Of a DNA stretch of 64,000 nt, positions 11,701 to 21,793 are shown piece by piece. The notes below the pieces were generated by a model. The model was given only the letters and a program-made list of their open reading frames with translations. It made no database searches and was not told where the DNA came from. The DNA is from Nemertoderma westbladi (lineage: Eukaryota > Animalia > Xenacoelomorpha). The stretch's first letter is position 1; each line of letters begins with the position of its first letter. A program made the translations under genes and the position numbers. Location: contig JAUCBJ010008361.1 in NCBI GenBank assembly GCA_032718475.1, forward strand, positions 1 through 64,000. The letters run 5' to 3'.

Positions 11701-13760
11701 AGTCCAGAGAGAAGACAGCGGAAAGTAAGGTAAGTGAGAAACCCGTTTCTAGGAGAAGGGTAACACCAGTATGTTATACCGACGACGGTGAAAGCCAAAC
11801 TTCTCAAGGAGAGGACAGCGGGAAAGACACTGACAGATCTTATTATGTCAATAAAATGCCTAAAGATCAGGTAAGTAAATCCGAGTCTCGACCCAATGAC
11901 AGAAGGGAACCGGTACAAAAAACCCTTCCTACGTCTCCTAAAAGAATTCAGGTGAGAAAGCCCGAGGAAAGAACAAGTGTGCACCACATAGCACAGGTTA
12001 AAGTAAGTAACATCAAGCCGAAATGTGTGCTGTGCGACGGGCCCCACCGTTTAAATGCGTGTGATAAATTCCTGAGGAAATCACTAAAGGATAGACGTGA
12101 AGTCATGTGGGATAAGTTGTGTTATAATTGCCTCAGACGAGGACACCAACGGCGAACCTGTTACTCCGACGCAAGGTGTGCAAAGTGCGGCGCAAAACAT
12201 CATATCTTGTTGCACACGGAATTCGAACGAAACAGCCCGAGTCAGGTAAGTGAGTCCGAACTACATGTCCAATTCAGTGATGTGAACGACACTGATCAAT
12301 CTGAGATGGAAGGATTCTATACGGACGAGTTCTCCGACCAAAACGAATCCTGTTACCTAATAAACACCACCGCAGTGTATCGAGCACTCATGCATGAGAA
12401 AGACACAGACAGCGACCTTACCTTAACTACTTCTGATCAACAACCATCTTGGAAAGCGCCAACTTCCAATATAGGAATCCGAGAATTTCCTGTAGTCCAG
12501 TTACGGGTCCACGGACCTCAGAAGAGCTATATAGTAAATGCCCTCCTGGACTCCGGTAGCACAGGAACATTCATCGATAAAGAACTAGCCGAAGTCATCT
12601 TTGCTGGACAACCCAAGTTCCGAACCAAGCTAAACATGTCAGGGATCATGCAGGTTTGGAATTCTACTGTAGCTGCCGACTATTATATAGGTGAGTTGTC
12701 CACTCCACAGGATAAACTAGGAGAATACAGTATAAGGTCAGTAAAAATGGTGGCAATAAAGAACTTCGCTACCACCCAAGTGGAACCTTATAATTGGGAC
12801 GAAGATGATCATGCCCAACAACTTAACATCCCTAGATTCGACACCGATTATCCTGGAGTACAAATATTAATCGGTCAAAACGCGCATGAGGCGCTGGAGA
12901 CATTAGAGAAACGACCTACTCAACCGCAACCACTTCAGACCTATGCGGTAAGAACTAGAGTAGGTTGGTACCTTACTGGACCTTCCCGTAGAACACTCAG
13001 AGAAAGACTGCTTCAAGATCGCGTCTGCCAGGTGAGTGAATGGGAAGACGATACTAGTGAGGGAGACGACCCAACTGAGGGAACACCACATTCCTCAGAT
13101 AATGACAATCTTAACTCCAATGTAGATCAATGGAGATATTGCCCCAAGACGATGAATATAACTGACATCGCTTCCAGAGGAGCAACTCCTCAAGAACTGA
13201 CAGATACTACAGACCGGTTAGGTGAACCCGGCTTCCTGAGTAAGGAGGATGAATGGCCTCCCCATCTTACTCCGACTGAGATTAGACCAGCCAAGGGAGC
13301 GGAGAAAGTCAAACCTAAAACCCGGACGGGTGGATCGGAGTTATTTGAACCCGGGATAGATCTGTCGGTATTACAGATTGCCAGGGACGACGCCGTGGAT
13401 CTGGACCTCCCCACCGCGAGTGGATCCTTCATGAAGATCAGAGAGAGCGATTGGAGCTCTGGAACATCAGACGTCTCGCAGGGACTCTCACCTCTCCTGC
13501 GGGGAGCGACGGACCACTATAGCTCCTGGAATCGGCTTTGTAAGGCCGTCGTGTACTTAGAGCGATGTTTCTATCGTCACTATTCCAGGACGAAGAGGAA
13601 ACCTGGAATTGTATTCGGGATGCAGCGACTCAATCGCCCAGCTGGTCGTTTGTGTTTACCGGAAGGGAATGGAGGACTCTCCGGAAACTGTGGAAGGCAA
13701 GATTCTCTTCCCACGACTACCTCCCTAATCCTTCAAACATCTAGGGACTCCATAACGTAA
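8739..13760 (+). CDS. BEL/Pao Gag plus aspartic protease with short Pol relics; no RT or integrase (1673 aa)
   Basis: DUF1759-like capsid region (KFNGDEMKW...EKLRFLIECLEG...LNIRYG); three BEL-type Zn knuckles (CVLCDGPHRLNAC, CYNCLRRGHQRRTC, CAKCGAKHHILLH); protease ALLDSGS and ILIGQN; relics DIASRG, YSSWNRL and RPAGRLCL; no YxDD motif seen. Confidence 0.93.
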   Translation: MSDTKQNLSDSLLDVTICDSDRGVEPSSRKFSSPPTVRKVIPPVVIKEPRLVQHRRSIIGTRAQVKRDQEAAEQQQPASQELTSQRPNSSSSEDTVELTPERGAKMMDAVYSDPLLILPAAVLTRLLIAVEEHQIDWARSQRSTRDSYAGYTREELKSMVESQWNFPGPGLPFDLSEAAWEDIHRMGVAKETIDPAVWKRSAAGYAQGFFSSMERVKGQLFQQPQGPQEQGQLLYQVRERILRIRLILSAFEEASKRRQDTSLQVAVKTWFQRVSLQVQGTAQWKAQLEERSTHGESTDATFSQVESEATAEKPHKRDAIDIYLSDYQRFLGDDELRRRLEGLSPNSEGTKLVLDAIDVEMRAANQAKFDEQLRITRVQEEQVKKKRIEDRKKAAVVAAEAERKAAAAKAKAAEAAAKAKAAEAAAKAKAAEAAAKAKAAEAAAEAKAAEAAAEAKAAEAAAEAAAEAKVAEAERKAADETTQLELENIQENQDCINKQLAASNMQMMNRSTPKRQGYTSSEEGDTTDTEGKGNRSRLSRRKRTFHRQKLPDLPPAVRRQLNNTNLGSTEPTDQIIKIERLPTIVDEPEIIRPVLEITPSVIDTPVLPETTSKFPLHSTKLPVPRRTAQETVQVLDPEQNIPDLSPVVPRPLATTLATPASAVEWVDERRRGMDLLLGQMQETVQQFKGTVRESRLELQEVQQNIALERDKLVNLQKGIPPPLVTMCQPVRSEVSHAQGVEPTRIYTASEVETPIVNPIKGNYKPVDNDIPYRPDHNPRNLYTDNSILNNTMAQESFTRQMARTEARQAVKVGEIVKFNGDEMKWLPFNEYYKDNIQNSVLSNGEKLRFLIECLEGSPKSMALKFIGHPDGLRQVWDTLNIRYGNRTNIARYLYVKLMAPRKFLSSGIIEFSDEIQEICRQLDWLGKSHEYQNSMVVGALASTLPKGGVGTRWDKKVLYMMEQQQRDPTMADLMSFLDSEVKLQLIKQSREKTAESKVSEKPVSRRRVTPVCYTDDGESQTSQGEDSGKDTDRSYYVNKMPKDQVSKSESRPNDRREPVQKTLPTSPKRIQVRKPEERTSVHHIAQVKVSNIKPKCVLCDGPHRLNACDKFLRKSLKDRREVMWDKLCYNCLRRGHQRRTCYSDARCAKCGAKHHILLHTEFERNSPSQVSESELHVQFSDVNDTDQSEMEGFYTDEFSDQNESCYLINTTAVYRALMHEKDTDSDLTLTTSDQQPSWKAPTSNIGIREFPVVQLRVHGPQKSYIVNALLDSGSTGTFIDKELAEVIFAGQPKFRTKLNMSGIMQVWNSTVAADYYIGELSTPQDKLGEYSIRSVKMVAIKNFATTQVEPYNWDEDDHAQQLNIPRFDTDYPGVQILIGQNAHEALETLEKRPTQPQPLQTYAVRTRVGWYLTGPSRRTLRERLLQDRVCQVSEWEDDTSEGDDPTEGTPHSSDNDNLNSNVDQWRYCPKTMNITDIASRGATPQELTDTTDRLGEPGFLSKEDEWPPHLTPTEIRPAKGAEKVKPKTRTGGSELFEPGIDLSVLQIARDDAVDLDLPTASGSFMKIRESDWSSGTSDVSQGLSPLLRGATDHYSSWNRLCKAVVYLERCFYRHYSRTKRKPGIVFGMQRLNRPAGRLCLPEGNGGLSGNCGRQDSLPTTTSLILQTSRDSIT
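9945..10165 (+). repeat. 27-bp coding repeat (AAAKAKAAE)n inside Gag of B
   Basis: Tandem GCAGCGGCCAAGGCAAAAGCGGCAGAG units; C has a differently expanded Ala-rich tract at this position. Confidence 0.9.
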
Positions 13761-15412
13761 CAACATATGGAGTGGGTGTGTGACTCTATTATTTTATATT
13801 ATTTTATTATTTTTATATTTATGTATGTATTACTACGTAATTTTATTATAATTGTTTTATTTAATTTAGTAGAATCTTATTTAGCGATTATTTAGTAGAA
13901 TAGTGCAATATATTCATGTTTATTGCGTACGTAATTACGTATATATTATATTTAGTGCGACGGCAAGAAATAATTCTTTTCCTTCTTCCTTACTGTCCGT
14001 ATTACATTACAAATACGTAACTACAGTAAGATGAAATGTCCGTACTTATTAAAGTACAATAAAGCCACTACTATATTAAAGTATTATTGGTAGGCAGAGT
14101 ATTAGGAATGCAAAGTTCAGATCCTCGTGTCTCAGCTAAACCAAGCTCTGGGTAGACCTTGGAAACGACTTGCCTCTTCACACTGACATTGCTTCGTGCG
14201 ATATTGCTCTCATACCGTGTATAATAATACATATAGTAGCGTGATGTCCCTCTAACAGTAGCGTAAAACGCACATAAATCTGTTAAACCTTTTGACCATC
14301 TGTAATTCTAGTCGATTAAGATATCGCGGCACCCACCGATATACTTGAAAGACAAAATTCTAGAATCAGTGGTTAACGTCCCCAGACAAGTTCTGGAATA
14401 AATCGGTGCCCATCTCAAATATTAATTATTTAATATTTGCAAATCTAATAAATCAAAATCTGTAAAATTCAGATCCTTCAACAATTCTAGTCAATTAAGA
14501 TATCGTAGCATTTACCGATATTCTTAAAAAGACAATTGTCATAGAATTAAGGATCTTGTGTCCCCAGACATGTTCTAGAATCAAAATATGTCAATTTAAT
14601 TATCAAATAATAAAATTTCAGGGAATAAATTTAAATTCATGCCTTTTAATGAATTTAATAAATTGCCATTTTTACGCAATTTATAACATTCCCAAAATTC
14701 CATTAATTAATAGATCAAGGGAGCGGAGATTTATCTTATTATGAGTATGAGTGTGCGAAGTCTCCCAAACATAGTCAATAGCCGATAAAATTCATAAAGT
14801 CATGTATAAAACAGGACATTGACTATTAAAGAATTACTATTAAATAACATCCCAGATCTGTATGCATTGGAATTACCCTAATTCTACCGCTAGCTTTACA
14901 TAATGTCACCATAGCAACAACCACGCTAGAATTAGAATTGAGTTAAGAGAACAATAGAAAGCTTGTCCCATTGAATAACATAGGGAATAAATAGTGCACT
15001 GATAGTATCCAAGGATACATAATAATACAGTGACATTCTGGAAGGCATTGACTAACGGACAAGTGACCCGAGTGTGTGTAATTTGTGACAAGTTGTGTGT
15101 GTGGTATTTGTGATGTTATAGGCGAATGTTACTACTAAGGTGTGTTTACAGTAGCGAGTCGCAATTGTGAAAGTAACCCTAACTCTCCAGTAAGAACCTG
15201 AGGTGTATCTAAGCCTTTGGGACGGACAGTCGAGTGACTTGTGCCGGTTGTCGTTGTCGTTGTGCGGCTACGTCGTTGGCGAAAGTACAGCGGCGACGAC
15301 ACATCGGCGCTGAGGATCTCGTACTGTCCGGGGGTTGATTGGGGTAAGCAGCGACGCCCGCTCGCCTAAATATAAACTCATTATAATATGGATAAACTCA
15401 TATATAGCAGAT

Positions 15413-16742
15413 ATGACGGAGTTGATAGAAGATGGTCTTAGTATCGGGGAGCGATATACTCTACTTTTACAAGCGTTTGTTGATAGCTTAATACGCGGCG
15501 ACGTTAGTCCAACTGCTGCGGAGGACGATGGTCGTTATATCGAACCGCCAATGTCCCAAGAGCAGCTCGCGCGAGTTGGACTATAGAAAATTCGCTGCTC
15601 GATATACGCAGCGTAATGGTACGTATATGGTCTTCTTAACTACTGGTCATCCTATCGATTTACATAATACGGACTATGTCGACTATATATCCTGCCCAGC
15701 GGAGTCGGAACCATAAACTGAAATTCGAATGCGAAAATTCTATTCGAAATCGACTCGAAAGAAAAGACACTAAAGAAACAAATAAACGCGGTAACTCCAA
15801 CGTATATTTGGAATTCTTGATAGAAGCATTGTAACAACAAATAAATATCACCCGCGTTTCCCCTACCAGACGTGCGTCTTTGGTATTATTATGATAAATG
15901 CCCTAGACCCAACTAATAAACGGAAAGACATAAACATCCACGGAAACGTTGTGTTAAACACAGTTGTGCTCGTTATATTTACTGGAGTTTCGAGCGAAAC
16001 TTGTTTGACGTATCACCTATGCTCACTCGGCTCGAACGATCCTGGAGTAAACCTACGATCAGAGTCCCGGAATACTCGGTCAAACCTCCTCATTCCTTAG
16101 TTGGACCTCAGACCTGCGATCCTGGTGGTGTCGCGGATCCTCGCGGACTGTATTCACTGTTCAAAGATCTAGTGCTACCCTAACAATTAATCGGTAACAC
16201 TCCGACAGTGATTTCTAGCTAGCCGCCCATCTTACCTAGCCGGATTGTGACGCGGACACCTAATATCACTATCCAACCGTATGGTCGTTCCCGTTTAACG
16301 CGATACAACCCTTCATCAAGGTGAAGGAGAGTGTTGTACGAAACGAGTTAAACGCTATTCTATAAAGAACAAAAAAGAAACCTGCGTTTGTTCAGATAAA
16401 CGTAAGTTATAACAGTAAGTCCAATCGATAAACGAATTGGCCTTATCTCAGTTCGATTGGGAAATCTCGAATCTCTAAGAAGATATCAAGCTTAGAAAAC
16501 CCTATTCTCTGCGAGAGTTTTGGATGAACGTATCCAGCTACGAGCGGAGGAAAATCAGCTCGAGGAGAAGCATATCGAAACGGCGGATAACCCGACCATA
16601 ATCCTACACCTTCTGATGCAATCATATTGCACCCTTCACCCAGGATTTATAGCCCTCCTAGTAAAGTGGCTCGCCCCAAAGAGAAAAGGACTCTTGCTAG
16701 CCTCAAAAACTGCGTAAACGCCGTCTGCGTAAGAAAGACTAA
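15413..16742 (+). pseudogene. Decayed second ORF of copy B
   Basis: N-terminus (MTELIEDG...) and last about 150 nt align with C 53448-54896; frameshifts near 15570 and 15685; middle not alignable. Confidence 0.75.
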
Positions 16743-16810
16743 CTGTTTAGAGTATCTTTATATTTTAGAAACTGTGATTTGTTATATTTTATAGACTTAA
16801 ATCCCATTTT

Positions 16811-16820
16811 CTGGGAGCGG
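16811..16820 (+). promoter_or_regulatory. Short polypurine tract
   Basis: CTGGGAGCGG directly before the 3' LTR; identical at 54965-54974 in C. Confidence 0.7.
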
Positions 16821-18047
16821 TGTAAAAGCTTTTGCGTAATTAGCCGGTTATTATCCCCGTAAAGTACTCTGTGGTTGGTTTACCAGGCATAAAAAGGCCG
16901 TGTCCTTGCTGTACTGGTGTTTTGGAGGACATAAAAGCCATTTCTTCTGTATTTGTACTTTAGAGGACATAATCTGCAATTTCGTGACGTAAAAAGCTCG
17001 ATACTCTTGAAAACAGTGTCGCTACCATGACGACGGCTAACGGCTGATATTGCCACGTTGCCCCATAGCCCTGCTTTCTGTATCTGCCAATAGGATTTGA
17101 GTTGGTTTTGATTTTGACCTATCACAGATCTACTGAACTGAATTTCCTATCTGTATGCTCATTCTCTTTGGTGGGTGAGATCTTTGTAGAATAAGGGTAG
17201 CTGGTATTCTTATAGTTATTCTTATCAGTTTTTAGTGTTGTTGGTGATTCTAAGCCAGGAAGAACGGCTTTAGCCTTACACTAGTAGGCTTAATTATAAG
17301 GACATATATCCGTTATCTGCATTTATCATAACATAACACACCATACCTAATCAAACAACCTGTGCATACTTTTATATTGTTATACTGCTATTTACTGTCG
17401 GTTCTTCATAATATGGTTGATGAATTATTATATTTGGAATAACGAGAAATAACCCCGAAACCCAATATTCTTGATATACCGAAGGTAAGAGAGAAGGGTT
17501 ACATATAACAATTGTGACATATGTTAAAGTGGTTTGAAGTGAATCTAATGTTATTTGATAGACCCTACATGATTCGGTCCGTGTTCCTTTTATATGTGAC
17601 TAAAATCAGTGAAGATCGGCAGATCAGTGTGCAGTATTGTGCAGCATTGTGTATGAGTGAGACTGATAACGAAGCATTTCCTAAAGAATGCGCCATATAT
17701 GTGAATTATAACTAAGCCATATCGTTGTGAGTAGTTTAAGTCATAACTCTGTTTGTATAGATAGAGCGCCACGTCCTAAAGAAACTGTTAATATTTCCCG
17801 AAGGTGAATAATATTGTCAGAGATTATATAATACCGTCAGTCGAATAATACATTAGGCTTACATAGCAATAAAATTAAGCCGTCGAACCCAATCTCCCGG
17901 GTATATCCAGCGGGTGAATGATCGCGCACAGATTGGTTTCGACTAGTGTAGTGAATTAAATACTTGTCATAGGCTAAAGGTGATTTATTATCTAGAAGAC
18001 ATCATAATTTGGCGGGTTAAACTGCCAAAGGTCTGAAAGCGCGAACA
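16821..18047 (+). repeat. 3' LTR of copy B
   Basis: Direct repeat of 5255-6481, followed by TSD CATTA. Confidence 0.96.
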
Positions 18048-18425
18048 CATTAAGTTTTTTCAATTTATAAAAAATTTTGAATTTTTTTTACAAAATTCCT
18101 AATTATTAGAAATAGAAAACGAAAATACAAAATGTGGCCGAATAATATGATGAAAGTGAACATGCTGGGCTGGTTCCAAAAAATGTGGTATCAGAAAATA
18201 AAAATGGAAAATTACGTAGGAATAGTCTTTTTAGTGTAATTTTTAAAATCTCATGCAAGCCGCTAGAGGGCGCCAAAAGTTTGTTTTCTAGTTTTGATAT
18301 ACTTTTGATGATTCTCTATTCGTTGGTATATCGTTTTCTATGAATTTTTCAACCACATTGGAGACCGTGGAGTACAAAACCGTGAGGTTGTTCGAAGAAA
18401 ACCGTTGGGGGGCTACCCCACTTAA

Positions 18426-18957
18426 GGGGAGGGGGGGGGGGGGGACACCATTTTGGTCGAAAATATGACGGAATTATTTTTATGATCTATTATAACGCAC
18501 GATTAAATGGTGTTTCCAAATCTGAAATCCGCTATTGAATAGCTCTTTTAGTTTTTAAGTTATAACAATTTCCATTTAGGGAATCCTATTGAAATTACTA
18601 TTACTATGTATAATGAAAGGTCGATTATCTCCAAATATTTTTTTCATGAAATTGCCAACTTCAAAACCCTACTACCTCTACAAACTTCCTGTGGGTGTCT
18701 AGATAGCCACCCTGCTTAAAATTATCAGACAACTTTTTGAAATTTGTTCTTAATAAAATTTAATACTATTTATAACAAACCTAAAAAATTAGTATAAATT
18801 TGCAGCGCCACCTAGCGGTGCAGAATTATTTTCACAAAATTTCGCCTGATAGGTATGTTACCCCATCTTTGATCTATCATCTAAAAATTTCATGTGATTA
18901 TCATGTTATTCACAACTGTAAAAGCCTTAGGGTTTTAAGTGCAACCAAGTTTTTTTG
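18426..18957 (-). mobile_element. Partial Kolobok-like non-autonomous DNA transposon
   Basis: TTAA at 18422-18425 then G-run/ACACCATTTT terminus; homologous to 62266-62980 and 26256-26880. Confidence 0.7.
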
Positions 18958-19554
18958 ACCGAAGTTTGCGACGTTTGCGAAATTCGCGAAGAATTCGTCA
19001 GTTTCTGTGCCCTAATGGTTTCGTGACGAAACAATCAAATATTACACACTTAACACACACGAACTAATTCAATGTGTGTATTAGTATGCCTGAATAATTA
19101 AATAGAAATTAAATTAATGAACGCTATTACAACATGAAATCTACGGAATCAATACAGAACACACGCACACTACTGAATTTAAAAATTTATATAGATTGCA
19201 ACTTATATTTGGCCACCTTTTAATGGGTGACTAATTTAATTATTCACCCCTATATATTTGTAGCCTTTTTAATTTGTGCCTCTAATTGAATCAAACATTA
19301 AACTAAAATATATGTCACAATATTGGTCTGTCGGTAGCTGGTCAATGAGTTTCTCATAAATTTGTTAATTAGTCGCTGTTCATTCATTGAACATTTGAAC
19401 ACGTGTTGCTCGAAGACCCCACAACGTGTTAATTATTGCTAGCTAGCTATATTTATTTTCTTTTGATAATAATTTCCTATAATAAACTAATAATTCATAA
19501 TTTCCTATTATTTATATCTTTATTTAATATTTTAATCGTTATTGGTTTACTCAC

Positions 19555-20211
19555 TGTTAGGTGTAGTGTAGTTTAGGAGCTCCTCGTATGCTTCTCCTAA
19601 TTGTTTCACTGAGAGAGAACAAGGGTAATATCGAGCATGGGCAATAAAACCTGGGAAGGCTTGTGGAGCGTTGTAAATACGTTTTCCTAAATGCAGATTC
19701 ACAGTGCTATCCAATGCTGCTCTCTGGGTATTTGGAGTGTCAAACTCCATTCTTCTGTAATCGGCACTACCAACTCTTCGACTGTAGAGAAATGTTTGTT
19801 TATTAGCAGCACTCACACCAACCGCAACCAAATACCATTCGTTGGTCGTGATGGCGTTGGGAAATAATTTAACTGCTGACGATACTGGATTATAGAGCAA
19901 TTGATGAGCATCAGCAGGCCAAATCCATAGATTTGTTCCATAGTTTACAGCGTCGCCAAACTCAAATATTGGGCCACCTATACCAGGCGTATTGATAAAG
20001 GCCAACATTGTAAGAGATTCTGAGGTTAACTCATTTTGATCATGTGCGATTGATATGTAACCGTTAGTGAAGTCTATCGCTTGGTTTTCTACACCCCCTG
20101 GTCCGGGTACGTAGCTTAATGTTCCAACAATTTCACCATTGTGAGAATCTAGTCTATCATTTCCACCATTATTCAAGTTCAAAACCCACCATGATGTGTA
20201 GTTACATTGAT
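19555..20211 (-). CDS. Host exon: LamG/concanavalin A-like (Laminin_G_3/pentraxin-like) domain
   Basis: Acceptor TTTTAG and donor GTGAGT; 657 bp, phase 1-1; GPGGVENQAIDF, NEWYLVAV, LHLGKR, FPGFIAHARYY; paralogous to exon 32629-33312. Confidence 0.8.
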
Positions 20212-20857
20212 CTAAAATAAAATATCGAATAAATTAAAATGAGATATAATAGTAAGGAGGTAGCTTATATGAATATATTCTAAATATTCAGTAAAAATTT
20301 TCGACTACTATAATTATTATTGAATACATTTATAAACAGATATATATATATATATACCAGTAGGCTGATAATAGTCGGTAATGCTAAATGTAAGCATGAG
20401 CATATCCAACAAACATTGTTAGATGTAATGAATTACTAATAAGATCCCCAAGAAAGCTCAAATTAAAAACATTGTAATCAGGGCCTTCTAGAACATTTTG
20501 ACCGCTAAAATATATTTTGAACTAGCGATAAATACCAAGATGTTCCACGCGGTGGTGCCGGTAATATTTATATCCCAATTGAATGGGATAGTTTGCCTTC
20601 TAGAAAATAAAAGAAGTCAATATAGTATCAGAAACAAAGAAAAAGTAGCCAGTAAAAGTGGAAACGTGCTTTTTTGTTTGCGAATAAATGCACGAAATAT
20701 AATGCAAAACAAATATTGATTTATTCATTACAAAAACATGTAGCAACATTGCTCTCAATATAAGTGTACTAGAGGTATTGTTTTGTATTGGTATGGTATT
20801 ATAATTAAATAATAAAATAAAATAAATATTGTTGGTATGGTATGATGTTAAGCTTTG

Positions 20858-21793
20858 TGTTGCCGTTATCCCAACACCAGGGGGGAAAAACGCCGATGCT
20901 GGAGACGTGACTTTACAGACCACTGAGCCCCGGCCAGTCACCGGATATTGATTTTGGAGAAGGAATGATTTCTGAGATGCAGGGTTGCGGTTGAGAAAAA
21001 GCTGCATTAGTTGGATATACTCTTTAATGTAACTGAACTCTGTTGAACCTGGTCAACAATATTGAACCCTGTTGAACCCTGATTAAGAATAATTTTGGGC
21101 TTCCCCAAATCAATATACACCAAATATTCACAATAATTATACACGATAATATAAATCCCTACAGTATATTATTTAATTACCCACTGTTCGCTCAGATTTT
21201 AGCCTACCTAATGTTCCCCAGATTTTCCCTCGGTCCTAGTCTTAGTGCTGTAGTGTCGGTGTCGGTCGACCCTGTCACGTGTCCGTTCCACCCCTCACGA
21301 ACCCCGAAGGGAACGATCATCGAGAACCAGCACGGCTTGGCTAAGGGTCGGTCCAGTCGGTAGACTCTGTCGCGTATCCGTACCGCCCCTCTCGAACCCC
21401 GAAGGGATCGGTCATCGAGAACCAGTACGGCTTAGCTAGGAGTCTGTCGTGTCGGTGGACCCGTTCGCGTGTCCGTTCCACCCCTCACAAACCCCGAAGG
21501 GTTCGATAATCGAGAACCAGAACGGCTTGGCTAGGGGTCCGTCGGTTCATCGCAGAAACCCAACCACCTAGGCTTTCCGAGTCCCTTTCAGGCTCATAGT
21601 CGCTTCGGCAGCCGAGAAACTGCTCCGAACAGTCGGTAGGCCAGTAGAGTCTAGTCCTTTGTCTTTCGACCCCGTCGCGTGTCCGTTCCACCCCTCACGA
21701 ACCCCGAAGGGAACGATCATCGAGAACCAGTACGGCTTGGCTAAGGGGTCTGTCGTCGGTTCCCGTCGCAGATCCCGGTACAAGCAGTCAGCG
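20858..21793 (-). repeat. Truncated 3' LTR of D (936 bp)
   Basis: Direct repeat of 24121-25056 (offset 3263); fused to gag by a deletion at 21793/21794. Confidence 0.92.

Larger units (their letters stand above)
5255..18047 (+). mobile_element. Full-length non-autonomous BEL/Pao LTR element copy B (12.8 kb)
   Basis: Two 1227-bp LTRs with about 5 differences seen by eye; 5-bp TSD CATTA (5250-5254, 18048-18052); Gag-protease ORF; short purine tract before the 3' LTR. Confidence 0.96.
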
